Shown here piece after piece: positions 24,845 through 36,486 of a DNA stretch of 36,486 bases. The notes under the pieces were generated by a model. It was not told the origin of the DNA, did no database searches, and was given only the letters and a program-made list of their open reading frames with translations. A program made the position numbers and the translations under genes. This DNA is from Parasitella parasitica NRRL 2501 (lineage: Eukaryota > Fungi > Mucoromycota), in assembly GCA_025201805.1 (NCBI GenBank), contig MU619304.1:1-36486 (forward strand), in the 5' to 3' direction. The first letter of the stretch is position 1, and each line of letters starts with the position of its first letter.

Positions 24845-25160
24845 CGCCAAATGACGATGGTATTGTATTGCAATGGTATATAAAGAAGAAGAAGAAAGAG
24901 CGTCCAAAAAAAAAAAAAAAGTTTCAGTTGAGAGACTTAACAACAGCGTTGTTGTCTGATTTTCTCCTAATCAGAATCTTACAATGTTCTCCCTCCCTAA
25001 GTTGCTATAAACAAATTCTATCAATCATGTTATATAAAAAGGGTTCTTTTTTTTATTGTTTTATTTTATTTTTATTACTATTATTTCCTTTTCTTTTTCA
25101 AGGAAAAAAGCATTTGAAAAACCAATAATTGGAAGAAAAAAATTACATATAAACATGGCA

Positions 25161-26938
25161 CTACTCTGCATGATTGAAGAGATAGCTTACACTCTCGCCA
25201 TTATGCTATAGGAATCAAAAAGAAAACCAGTTAGTTTAGATTGATGCAGGGAGCTGTACCCGTGAGGGGTATATATATATATATATAAACCAAACTTACA
25301 GTTCTTCTTATGGCTTCTGCGAGCGTATTGGAAATATCAATCACAATCAGCTTGGATGATTGCTCCATCTTTTCCTTGGGAATAGGGAAGGTATTGGTAA
25401 CAACCAACTATGACTCAAAAGGTTAACCATCCGCCATATCTATCATGTATGTACTGTGTCTCTTCTCTCCCTCTTGCCTCAATTAAACAGCACTTGCTCA
25501 GGAGAAGAGAGCGTAAAGAGACACATTTTAATATTACCTTGTGTACGCTATCACAGGCTTCAATCTTTTTAATAGCATTTCCACTCAAAACACCATGGGT
25601 AGCAATAATGTAAACCTTGTCAGCATCGCATTTCTTGACTAAATGATCAGCAGCATCCAAAAAGGTACCAACATTGTCAATAATATCATCCTATGAAAAC
25701 GGAATGTTGAACAAACGGTTTCTCTTTTCATATATATATATATACTTACAGTCAAGAAGGCCACCTTGCCCTTCACATCACCAACCAAGGTAATTGTGCT
25801 TTCGCCATCTTTGTCAGCAACAACTGTGACAGCAGCATTGACAACGTCGCCATTAACACCAGCATCGTTCAACGAAGACATGGATGCAGTCAAGTCCTCA
25901 ATATCGTCATTAGCAGCAGCTTCCTCTTCTTCTTCATATACACGAACGCTAGCTTCTCCTTCGCCAGACTTGGGCATGCCACTGTAAGGGCGGTTTTGGC
26001 CTTGAGGGCCCATACGAGAACGATCCTTGTGAATTAAAGCAAAATCGAGGCGGAGAGCGTCTGCCAAAGAGGTGACTCTAAACAGATTCTTGGATATTAG
26101 GTCCCTCCCCCCCCCATGTGGATATTATATTTGTGTCACGAACCTTTTAGCGCCACCAGCATTCTTTGATACAATGACACCGTTTTGCCAATTAGGTACA
26201 GTTTGAGTGATCCAGCGAGCAATGACAGGTTCAGCATACAAATTATCGACTGGGCGTTGGAAGAAGCCTTGCATTTGTGAAGCGTGAAGATCCATGGTCT
26301 ATTAATTTTTCCGGTTATTTTTCTATAAGGAACAACTAGCATGTGCGTGTGTGTGTGTATATATATGGGGGGGGGAGGGGGAGGTGGGGAAGAGTAGGAT
26401 ACTTGCAATGATGTGATCTACACCGGCTACAGCCAACATGTTTGCAACAACTATGATGAAACGACAAGCATGAATATTTGTAATGTATACGAGTTTCGCA
26501 TTTCAAAGTATGGCAACTCTAAAACCACTTACGTTTAGCAGTAATGCTAGTTCTTCCCTTACGCTTGCTTTGCTTACAATAGGGAAAGTAGGGCAGAACA
26601 GCAGTGATACGCTTGCCGGAACCAATACGAGCAGCTTGAATCATGATGCAAAGCTCAATGATGTTATCGTTCATGTTGTTGGAGCCAGATTGGATGATGA
26701 AAATATCTTCGTTACGGACGGAAACACCTGCGATACATACAGCATGGCACTGATTAGTCCTTCTGGGGGGGGGAGGGGGTTCATTTCTAGTGTACAAAAA
26801 CTTACGGATTTCGACATTTGTTTCCTTGTTGCTGAACTTTTTCAGTGTGCAGTCGGAAAGAGGTGTTCCAAGACGTTTGGAGACAAGAGCTGCAAGCTCA
26901 GGATGAGAAGAACCGGCCAAAATCTTGGTATTGCGCAT
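25161..26938 (-). CDS. PRS1: Ribose-phosphate pyrophosphokinase, Prs1 type with non-homologous insertion, multi-exon
   Basis: [52 protein letters not shown], an acidic insert between LIHKDR and ITLVGDV, IATHG and [16 protein letters not shown]. Confidence 0.93.
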
Positions 26939-28664
26939 TATGCTGTATATGTATGTCGACTCTCAAACGAATGTGTTGGTGTGAAAAGAAAGTGATCAAA
27001 ACAGTGCTTTTTTTTTTCTTCTTTGAATATGTTTGTTTTCTGATGGACAGTCACCGAAAGTGTCATACCATGAAAATTTTTTGGTGCTGGCATGTGTGCC
27101 AATGTAAGGTTAAACAGATTGCTTTTGTAGTTGATCAAATGCCTTAAGAAAGAGATGTTCTCTCTTGTTCCCCGAGACATTTTCTTCTCAGGCTATTCAA
27201 GTGGCAAATCGAAGCTTATGTTTCTATGTGTAGGTTTATAAGTTCTATCCAATAAATTGTACACTTGGAAAGTGGAACCCGCTTAATCACACATGTAATA
27301 ATGATAATAATGATAAACATTCATCTATTGACATCCCAATTGAGCAATATACAATAAATGATGACTTTCCACGATGGTAGCTGCCCAGTTTATACAAAAA
27401 CAAAGGCATTATGGAACACTTTATAGCAGACAATGCTGTTTCAGTGTGCTCAATTGTTACCGGTTATTCACATTGGACCTGCTATTCAATCACAATGTTT
27501 TTCATGCAAAAAGTGGCCATCTTTCAGCCCCAATATCTCGCTATATCTTTCATGCCCTCGTTTCAAAATAATTGCACCGCAATGCCCCGATATGACACTG
27601 TAACAACCAGGTATAACTGTGTTGAAATATTTCACGTTCAAGTGGATATTTTCACCTATTCAGGCAAGATTAATCTGAAATTTCAGATTTTTTATTTTTA
27701 TTTTTTATTGCTCGCCTTGTGACTCAACCTAGTCCTTATAGACCCTCATGAAAAATTGGTTTTTTACAACGATCCTATTTTTCATCCCAAAAACGGCTTT
27801 AAAAGTGCTTATATTACCAGTACAAAAATTGATATAAGCGATTTAAACTACTGTACGTTTTTAAAAAGTAAAGTCAAGTATAAAAGTAGCTAGTTTGAAG
27901 CAAAAAATCATTTTTTCAGTCAACAATTCTAGTATACTATTCTTATAATGCAATCTTTTCAATTTTTATATCAAGTTGTAGGGCACAAAAAACTACATAT
28001 GTTTGCATTTTTTGCTTTCTTTTCAGTCCCTTATTTGACGAAGGCTTTCCAAATAATAAAAAAAAAGTGTCAAATATTGTAAAAATTGACAAACAGCGAC
28101 CAAAAAAATAAATATTCATCTTTCGCCTACAAAGCGGGGTAAAAGCTCAACATTGAGATTATTTTAAATAACTTCATCTTTAAGGATGTTGTATACAGCC
28201 ATATCCTTATATTTCACATGAGTTATTGCGAATATAAATTTGAAAATTTGATACTATACTTCAGTGAATTTCCAAATTGAATATAGTAACAATTTAATTG
28301 TAGTTTTTAGTTGGGGGGAGGGGGAAAAAACGGTTTAACCTTTTCCACAACCAAGGATTTCATAATAGAAACATTGGACGATTAATTCCTCCTTTGTAGG
28401 GCCTGTATTTTATAATTTTACAATAAACACATGGCTCATGAACTCTTTAAAAAGTCCAAAACAACTTTTATAGTACCACATTAGTCGCCTATACGCTTAT
28501 ACCATAATTGACATTTTGCAATTTTGCAATCGAGCCCCTGAAATCCCGCCTTGACCTTTTTGTTACATAGTTTAAATTTAGGGTTCACAGCCCCCACCCC
28601 CACCTTTTTTTTTCTTCTTCTCATCTTTACACATATACCACTTTATACAGCAAACAATTTACAA

Positions 28665-30152
28665 ATGCCCACGTCAATTAGTGCCAAAAATCAAGAGCAG
28701 AAACCAACGCGTCTCACAATAGGTAAACATAAGCTCGTTATCGAGTTGCTCAACAATGACAACTCCACGCAAGCAGATAAGACAGAAACCATTGATTTTC
28801 AATACATTTATGGTGCTGATCAGCATGGGAGCAGTAGCCTGGAGATACATACCGCCATTATGCAAGATCTCACAACCGAGAAAACGAGCGGAAACGAAAC
28901 GCAGACCCTGACCAACATTCGCCCCAAGGATGCAAAATGGCTTGTAAAGACGCTGCGTTATCAAATTGACACGGAGCATGCTGCGGCAGCAACCGAACTG
29001 TCGTCCTTGTCAGAGTTTGCAAAACAACTCAAAGATCAAGTGGCACCTCACCACTTGTCTTTGCCCGATACCGAGGTTATTGTCATATTAAACCCAACCT
29101 CTGGTGCTCGGCTGGCAGAAATGCAATGGAAATCAATTGTGAAACCAATGCTGATCACAGCAGGATTTACTGAGCCCAATTTGACAAAAATCACAACTGA
29201 AAGAGACGGCAAAACTCGAGCCTTAGCAGAGGCATTGGGCCAGCGTATCTTGGCAACGTCGGACGGCAAGCCGGCTCCAATTATTCTCAGTATGGGTGGT
29301 GATGGGACTTTGCATGAGGTCGTCAATGGTTTGTCTGATGCTGCCACAGCCAAAGAAGAAGCTAGGCAGGGCCAGTTTCGCTTGGCGATTGTCCCAGCTG
29401 GATCAGGAAATGCATTTGCGCTGGGTATTGGCATTGAAAGCGTCGAGCAAGCTACCCTCAAGATTATCAAAGGCCTGGAGGAGAAGCCGTTTTACTTTAT
29501 GGACGTCAAATTTGGCCACAGTCAATACAATGGCGACAATTGGCAAGATCACATTGATTACGACGCCACCAAGAAACCTGTCCGCCTGCTGGTGGTCATG
29601 AGCTGGGGATTCCATGCTCAAATCGTGTCCAAATCGAGATATCTTCGATATTTCATGGGAAACAAACGCTTCTCGCTGGTTGCCATGTTTTTGCTGAAGT
29701 TTTTGCAGCAATATGAAGGTGAGCTTGTTTTGAAAGATGCAAAGAAATACGACCATGCAAAACAAGAGTTTGACCAGCAGACCTCGACGACGACTACTTT
29801 AAAGGATGACAAGTTTACTTATTTTATCGTCAGTAAGCAGCACTCTTTAGAAAAAGGTTTCAGGATTGCACCTTTTGCGTCGCCCCTTTCAAATGATATG
29901 GATGTTGTGATTCTGAGAGATGCTGACGCAGATTCATTGACCAAGGCTAGCATCGCTGCTTTCCAAGGCGGTGGGCATGTGAAGTCAGAAAACGTTGAAT
30001 ACTTTAAAGCATCAGAGTTATTTTTGCGTGTCAGAGACAAGGCTGAGCTTTGTTTGGATGGCGAAATCCATGATTTGCCATCCAAAGGCATCATTCACTT
30101 GAAGGTTGAGACATCATCAACCAAGAATTCTTCATTTACCATTTTTATCTAA
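28665..30152 (+). CDS. DAGK-catalytic-domain lipid kinase (sphingosine/LCB or ceramide kinase-like), intronless, 495 aa
   Basis: ILNPTSG, GGDGTLHEVVNGL, VPAGSGNAFA and LDGE motifs. Confidence 0.88.
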   Translation: MPTSISAKNQEQKPTRLTIGKHKLVIELLNNDNSTQADKTETIDFQYIYGADQHGSSSLEIHTAIMQDLTTEKTSGNETQTLTNIRPKDAKWLVKTLRYQIDTEHAAAATELSSLSEFAKQLKDQVAPHHLSLPDTEVIVILNPTSGARLAEMQWKSIVKPMLITAGFTEPNLTKITTERDGKTRALAEALGQRILATSDGKPAPIILSMGGDGTLHEVVNGLSDAATAKEEARQGQFRLAIVPAGSGNAFALGIGIESVEQATLKIIKGLEEKPFYFMDVKFGHSQYNGDNWQDHIDYDATKKPVRLLVVMSWGFHAQIVSKSRYLRYFMGNKRFSLVAMFLLKFLQQYEGELVLKDAKKYDHAKQEFDQQTSTTTTLKDDKFTYFIVSKQHSLEKGFRIAPFASPLSNDMDVVILRDADADSLTKASIAAFQGGGHVKSENVEYFKASELFLRVRDKAELCLDGEIHDLPSKGIIHLKVETSSTKNSSFTIFI

Positions 30153-30352
30153 ATTTTCATGTAAATCCAACATCACATTTTTCAATAATAACAATAACAA
30201 TAATAATAATAAAAATAAAAAAAAGGCAATTGCAGCCAATGCGCACATCCTTTCAATTCAATTCAGTGCAAAAATCCATTGAAACAGCCAAACACGTATA
30301 TTTCTTTTCCACTTTTTTTTTTTCTTTGCATTAATTCTATAACATGTAAAAA

Positions 30353-30372
30353 NNNNNNNNNNNNNNNNNNNN
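30353..30372. other. Assembly gap (20 N) within a poly-A tract
   Basis: Run of N. Confidence 1.
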
Positions 30373-30392
30373 AAAAAAAAAAAAAAGACTCT

Positions 30393-31286
30393 TTACAAAT
30401 CCTCACGAACTCTGAAGCCAGGGCCATAAGGCTCTTCGTTCAGTGTAGTATAGGTTCCAGGAGAGAATTCACAAGTATGGCGTCCACTCTGGGGTCCAGG
30501 TGTAATAGGTTTATCAGCCTTCAAGTTTTCCAATAGCTTATCGGTTGTCTCTGGTGTCAAATCCTCCTATTGGTAATGCATTAGCCTTGAATCTGGTACG
30601 CAAATTCAAAAACTTACATAGTAATCATCATTGATGGCCATGACAGGGGCATTGACACAAGCGCCAGCACATTCAACTTCAACCAAAGTAAACTTACCGT
30701 CCTTGGTAGTCTCACCAACTTGAATACCGAGGTTATCCTTGACTGCATTCAAAATCTTTGTTGAGCCACAGCCGCCTAGTTGACAAGGAGTTGTTGTGCA
30801 GACCTGAAGAAAGTATTTGCCAACAGGCTGGCGATTGTACATGGTGTAGAAAGTGGCAACCTCGTAAACACGCATGGGAGGAACTTCTAACAGGCGGGCG
30901 ACTTCGTTCATAACAGAGATGGAGGTGAATCCGTTTTGTCTTTGGCCGAGATCCAAAAGAGGCATGATGGCTGCCTTCTTGTATTGTTCAGGGTATTTCT
31001 TTAAAATTTCAGTAATGCGCTTTTTGTTGTCACCATTGAATTCGAAAGGAATGCTGGCATTGTTGTTGGGTGTATCACGATGCTGCCATGGTTGTTTTTG
31101 TTGAATTTTGAAAAATACGACATAGTGAAATTAACACGTTTTTCAGTCCATTGAATATCATTGTTTCCTTACCACAAAAAGAGCATCTGAAAGAGATGCA
31201 GGCGAAGAGGAGATCGTGCGCTTAGCAAAGACGTTGCGTGCAAGCGGTTTGGCAGCTTGGCGCACAAGAGAACGCATAGAGTTCAT
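30393..31286 (-). CDS. NDUFV2: NADH:ubiquinone oxidoreductase 24-kDa subunit (NDUFV2/NuoE), introns 31083-31172 and 30567-30617
   Basis: Mitochondrial presequence, [39 protein letters not shown], and 2Fe-2S ligands CTTTPC and [10 protein letters not shown]. Confidence 0.97.
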
Positions 31287-31451
31287 TGTATCAAGTATTG
31301 TTTAAGAGAAGGGGGGGGGGGGTGAAGGGTTAGGAATTAATGGACAACAGAAGAAAAACAAGAATAAACAAATTTTTGTGTTTTTTCACCCCTTCACACT
31401 CGCCCACCCCACACTACTCGACTTTATTCAAACCCATTTAGAGCACCATCG

Positions 31452-31459
31452 TGACGTCA
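31452..31459. promoter_or_regulatory. Perfect CRE palindrome TGACGTCA upstream of NDUFV2
   Basis: Exact ATF/CREB consensus ~166 nt upstream of the ATG. Confidence 0.4.
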
Positions 31460-31858
31460 AACAATGGTTAACCCATGGAAGCTTGAACATTGTCAATAGC
31501 TATTCAACCAAGTCTGCTGCTTGAGACCACGGATAATGACTTGTGCAATATATACCAATCATATGCAGAAAAAAGCTTTTAAACGCACTGAAAAAAAAAG
31601 AGTGTGTTCTCATGCCAATTTGATAAACAAGCACTCACATCTACATGCGCCTAACAATTCTTGTTACACATTGACAATCTGGATGCTAAATGATTTGCAA
31701 GAGAGCATCATCAGTGAACAGTATGCCACATCCTTATGAAGCAAAGGCATTCAGATCTAGGTGCATAAAATGCGACATGTGGAGTATCAAACAGCAATGT
31801 CTATTCATTCAAAATGGTCTCATCATCTTGATTGCCATGCATCAAAGACCAGATTATT

Positions 31859-32739
31859 CTATACATTTATTCGGTGAGGCAAAGCTTTTTTTTTTTTTTT
31901 TTTTTGATTCAGACGAGTGGCTTTGGCATTAATCTTGTGATGCACCATTGCGCCAAGCTCATACATTGCCCAGCATAGTACCCCTGAGGTAGCGAAAACA
32001 GCAGCACGCATAGACATCGAGAGCTGATCCAAAAACGGATATACCCAGAATCCATTGAGTTGATAGCAAAACCACGCCCATAAGAAATAGAAGACTGCAA
32101 ACCCGTAAATCACACGCACATGTGCATTGGATCGCTTGAAGTCGATTTCAAATGCCAGAAAATCAATCCATAAAAATAGGGCAGGAAACAGGTGAAATGC
32201 ACAATCCACCAACAACGAGGTGTCTGGAACGTCACCTGGGATGATGAGATGTGGGTCAACCAAGGTCAGGGACCAATACAAGACAGTAATAAGGCCCTCT
32301 AGCTACATGGATGAATGGAATGTTCAAGAAAGACTTTGCACCTGACAAAAAAAGAAAAAAAAAAAAAAAGTAAAAAAGCTTACTGGTGTGGCAATGTTGG
32401 TGATAATTTCATAAACGGCTAGTTCAGCAAAGTAAGAAATGAGAATGGAGCTCTATAATATTGCAGGTACTATCGACTTACAAGATGAAAATTTGGGTAT
32501 GAAATAACGCATGATTTTGAGGCCAAAAGCAACAGTAGCAATGAGCAAGCCAATTACAGTCAAATACTTTTGAACACGCTCGTTTTTTAATTTTGGAAAA
32601 TGAGTGCAAGTGCTGCAACGCATACCTGATATTGGACACCCAAGGGAGACTCAAGCTCATTTGCGTGCATGTTGCAAAGAGCGTAGATATTTGAAACGAG
32701 ACCTACGGTGTTGAATACTAAGCTTACAGGGTGAGGCAT
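31859..32739 (-). CDS. FAR-17a/AIG1-like multi-pass membrane hydrolase, multi-exon
   Basis: QYQ|YLTVIGL (catalytic Thr motif), P|LEGLITVLYW, FHLFP (His) and NGFWVYPFL. Confidence 0.88.
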
Positions 32740-32930
32740 TGAAGAAAAAAGTGGAAAAGCAGTAGACGCAATTGTGTTGTTAGTGCATTTCTTTGTCTGT
32801 GTACCAGTACAGCAGCACAAACAGAATGTCAATCCATGATAAACAGACTCCTGTGACGTTATTAAATGTTGAAATCAAAGAGGAGCACCATTCATTTTTT
32901 TTTTTTAAAACCTTTCAACATTTACTTAGG

Positions 32931-33098
32931 ATGGCCCTGCCAAATCTATGGAAAATCTATTCATCTTTTCGCACTCCAGAAGAAGAAAGGCAGTTTTCTC
33001 GGTCGGCATTCTTCAAGTTCAGTGGGTATATTCTTTCTTGTATCGCCATGACGGTATTTGCTTCACGTTACAGCAATAAACACAAGTTGATATGTTGA
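32931..33098 (+). CDS. Putative 55-aa single-TM microprotein
   Basis: MALPNLWKIYSSFRTPEEERQFSRSAFFKFSGYILSCIAMTVFASRYSNKHKLIC: charged N-terminus, hydrophobic helix, basic tail. Divergent from FAR-17a. Confidence 0.5.
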   Translation: MALPNLWKIYSSFRTPEEERQFSRSAFFKFSGYILSCIAMTVFASRYSNKHKLIC

Positions 33099-33194
33099 AA
33101 TGGGCCCTTTTGCATTTTCAGTGATTTGAATGATCTGCCAAACGCAGTTAACCTCTGTTGGACAGCCTTCTCATTGCCACTGCTCCGCCTCAAC

Positions 33195-33203
33195 TATATA
33201 AAT
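33195..33203 (+). promoter_or_regulatory. TATA box of the ALDH gene
   Basis: TATATAAA ~70 nt upstream of ATG 33265, followed by a pyrimidine-rich tract. Confidence 0.55.
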
Positions 33204-33264
33204 AACTTGTAAATCTTGATTTCCAAACTTCTTTTTTCTCTTTTCTGAATTGTACTAAATAAAA

Positions 33265-35358
<2,094 letters not shown>

Positions 35359-35612
35359 GACTCCTATTATATATCTACATCTGTGCCATCTAATCACTCT
35401 TGAATAAATGTCTTGGTATGCAAACAAAGGATACTTGATCTAGTACACAAATTTGTATAATGGCATCAAAATCAGTCCAAGTCTATATTTATGTATCCCA
35501 CTTCTAGATTCATCCAGTTATCTAAAATTGATAGAGACTACAAATGTGCACGTTTACTAAAATGTATACAATACATATTTATACTATATAAGAAACAGGC
35601 TAGAGATGGAAC

Positions 35613-36068
35613 TGTTAAGATGGATGACGCTATTTAGGCTTATACTTATTTCTCGACACGAGCCTAGATATTTACTAGATTTAGTAGATGCTACGAGCTT
35701 ATGCCATATAAGATCTATACTTCAGATGTATATTCTCAGTTTCCAAATACACTAATATGTCAATTTCCCAACCGGAAGTCAAACCTAAGTAAACTCAATC
35801 CTGAACACAATCCAGGAACATGTCTTATAACTCAACAGGACATGTTCATGGACAATAGATACAATATACCGTCCCATTCTCTAAATCACACCATGTCTCA
35901 CACTTACACCTTATCCCCCCCATCAGTCCACTTATATTGAGTAATATTTAAACCATCATATTTTCCATGCAACAAACGAGATCTTTACCTGATTAATTCA
36001 AAACTGTTTGACATGAATAAATTCTCATTCTGATAAATTAATTTCTAATGTTACTTGCCCACATTACA
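35613..36068 (+). repeat. Possible second LTR-like sequence interrupted by repeat copy 2
   Basis: Starts TGTTA and ends TTACA. The inner repeat is flanked by TAATA (35753-35757) and TAATG (36046-36050). Confidence 0.3.
35758..36045 (+). repeat. LTR-like repeat, copy 2
   Basis: Direct, diverged homologue of 51-355 with a ~20-nt deletion. Confidence 0.75.
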
Positions 36069-36081
36069 GTGCTTACGGTCT

Positions 36082-36184
36082 CAATTGGCGGTTTTTGAAA
36101 AGTCAATCAGCGCATCAATAAGACCCAATTAGCGTATGCCCGAATTCCAATTGGCGAATTTAGCTAAAATAAGGACAATTGACG
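36082..36184 (+). repeat. Phased array of five CAATTGGCG-like 9-mers (probable DNA-transposon subterminal repeats)
   Basis: Copies at 36082, 36104, 36126, 36148 and 36176, with spacing 22/22/22/28. Confidence 0.7.
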
Positions 36185-36486
36185 CGCTTGCACATTTTTC
36201 ATCAAAATTGTAAGTATATTATGTGTATCCATCTATGCTACATTCTAATCGCCTACGTTTTGAATTGCATCTTTCAAGTGGGTGCTCTTCTTTGTATGGT
36301 CTAATTTTGTGCTGTTTCAGTTTACTTGAGCTGATAACTAGTAAAAATCTGCTTACGTGCTAGCATTACTAGAAAATACTAAAAGCCTCATGTCTCTTTT
36401 TCATATTTATATAGTGATAAATGTAGAGCAGTAGTGGCCAAACCTCCCTTCAACATCTCATCTTGAAATGGTATCTTTTAGAGGCA

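Noticed and set aside
27300-28540. AT-rich PRS1-kinase intergenic region as a MITE
   Set aside because: No TIR pair or TSD was found by eye.
36082-36184. CRISPR-like repeat-spacer array
   Set aside because: Repeats are only 9 bp and spacers 13 bp, the context is eukaryotic and there are no cas genes.

Overview
AT-rich, intron-containing eukaryotic DNA. Gene content, short GT-AG introns and repeat families point to a mucoralean fungus (inference). A core of conserved genes is present: PEX3, a Mnn9/Van1/Anp1-family mannosyltransferase, an ATF/CREB bZIP factor, a Fun19-like SWIRM protein, a Bem2-like PH-RasGEF-PH-RhoGAP, PRS1, a sphingosine/DAG kinase-like gene, the complex I 24-kDa subunit, a FAR-17a/AIG1 hydrolase and an HFD1/ALDH3-type aldehyde dehydrogenase ending in SKL. 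A mobile-element island at ~9.6-14.4 kb holds a decayed MULE transposase between the N- and C-terminal parts of a PD-(D/E)XK-like gene family. It also holds a 222-bp poly(A) retro-insertion whose 14-bp target-site duplication copied a 5' splice site. Two diverged direct copies of a ~300-bp LTR-like repeat sit at the two ends of the window. The right copy appears nested in another LTR-like sequence and is followed by a phased 9-bp repeat array. Best candidates for novelty are the MULE/nuclease-like island, the splice-site-duplicating retro-insertion, a 55-aa membrane microprotein inside a lipid-enzyme neighbourhood, and a GT62 paralog lacking its DxD motif. All family calls come from motif recognition by eye; no searches were run.
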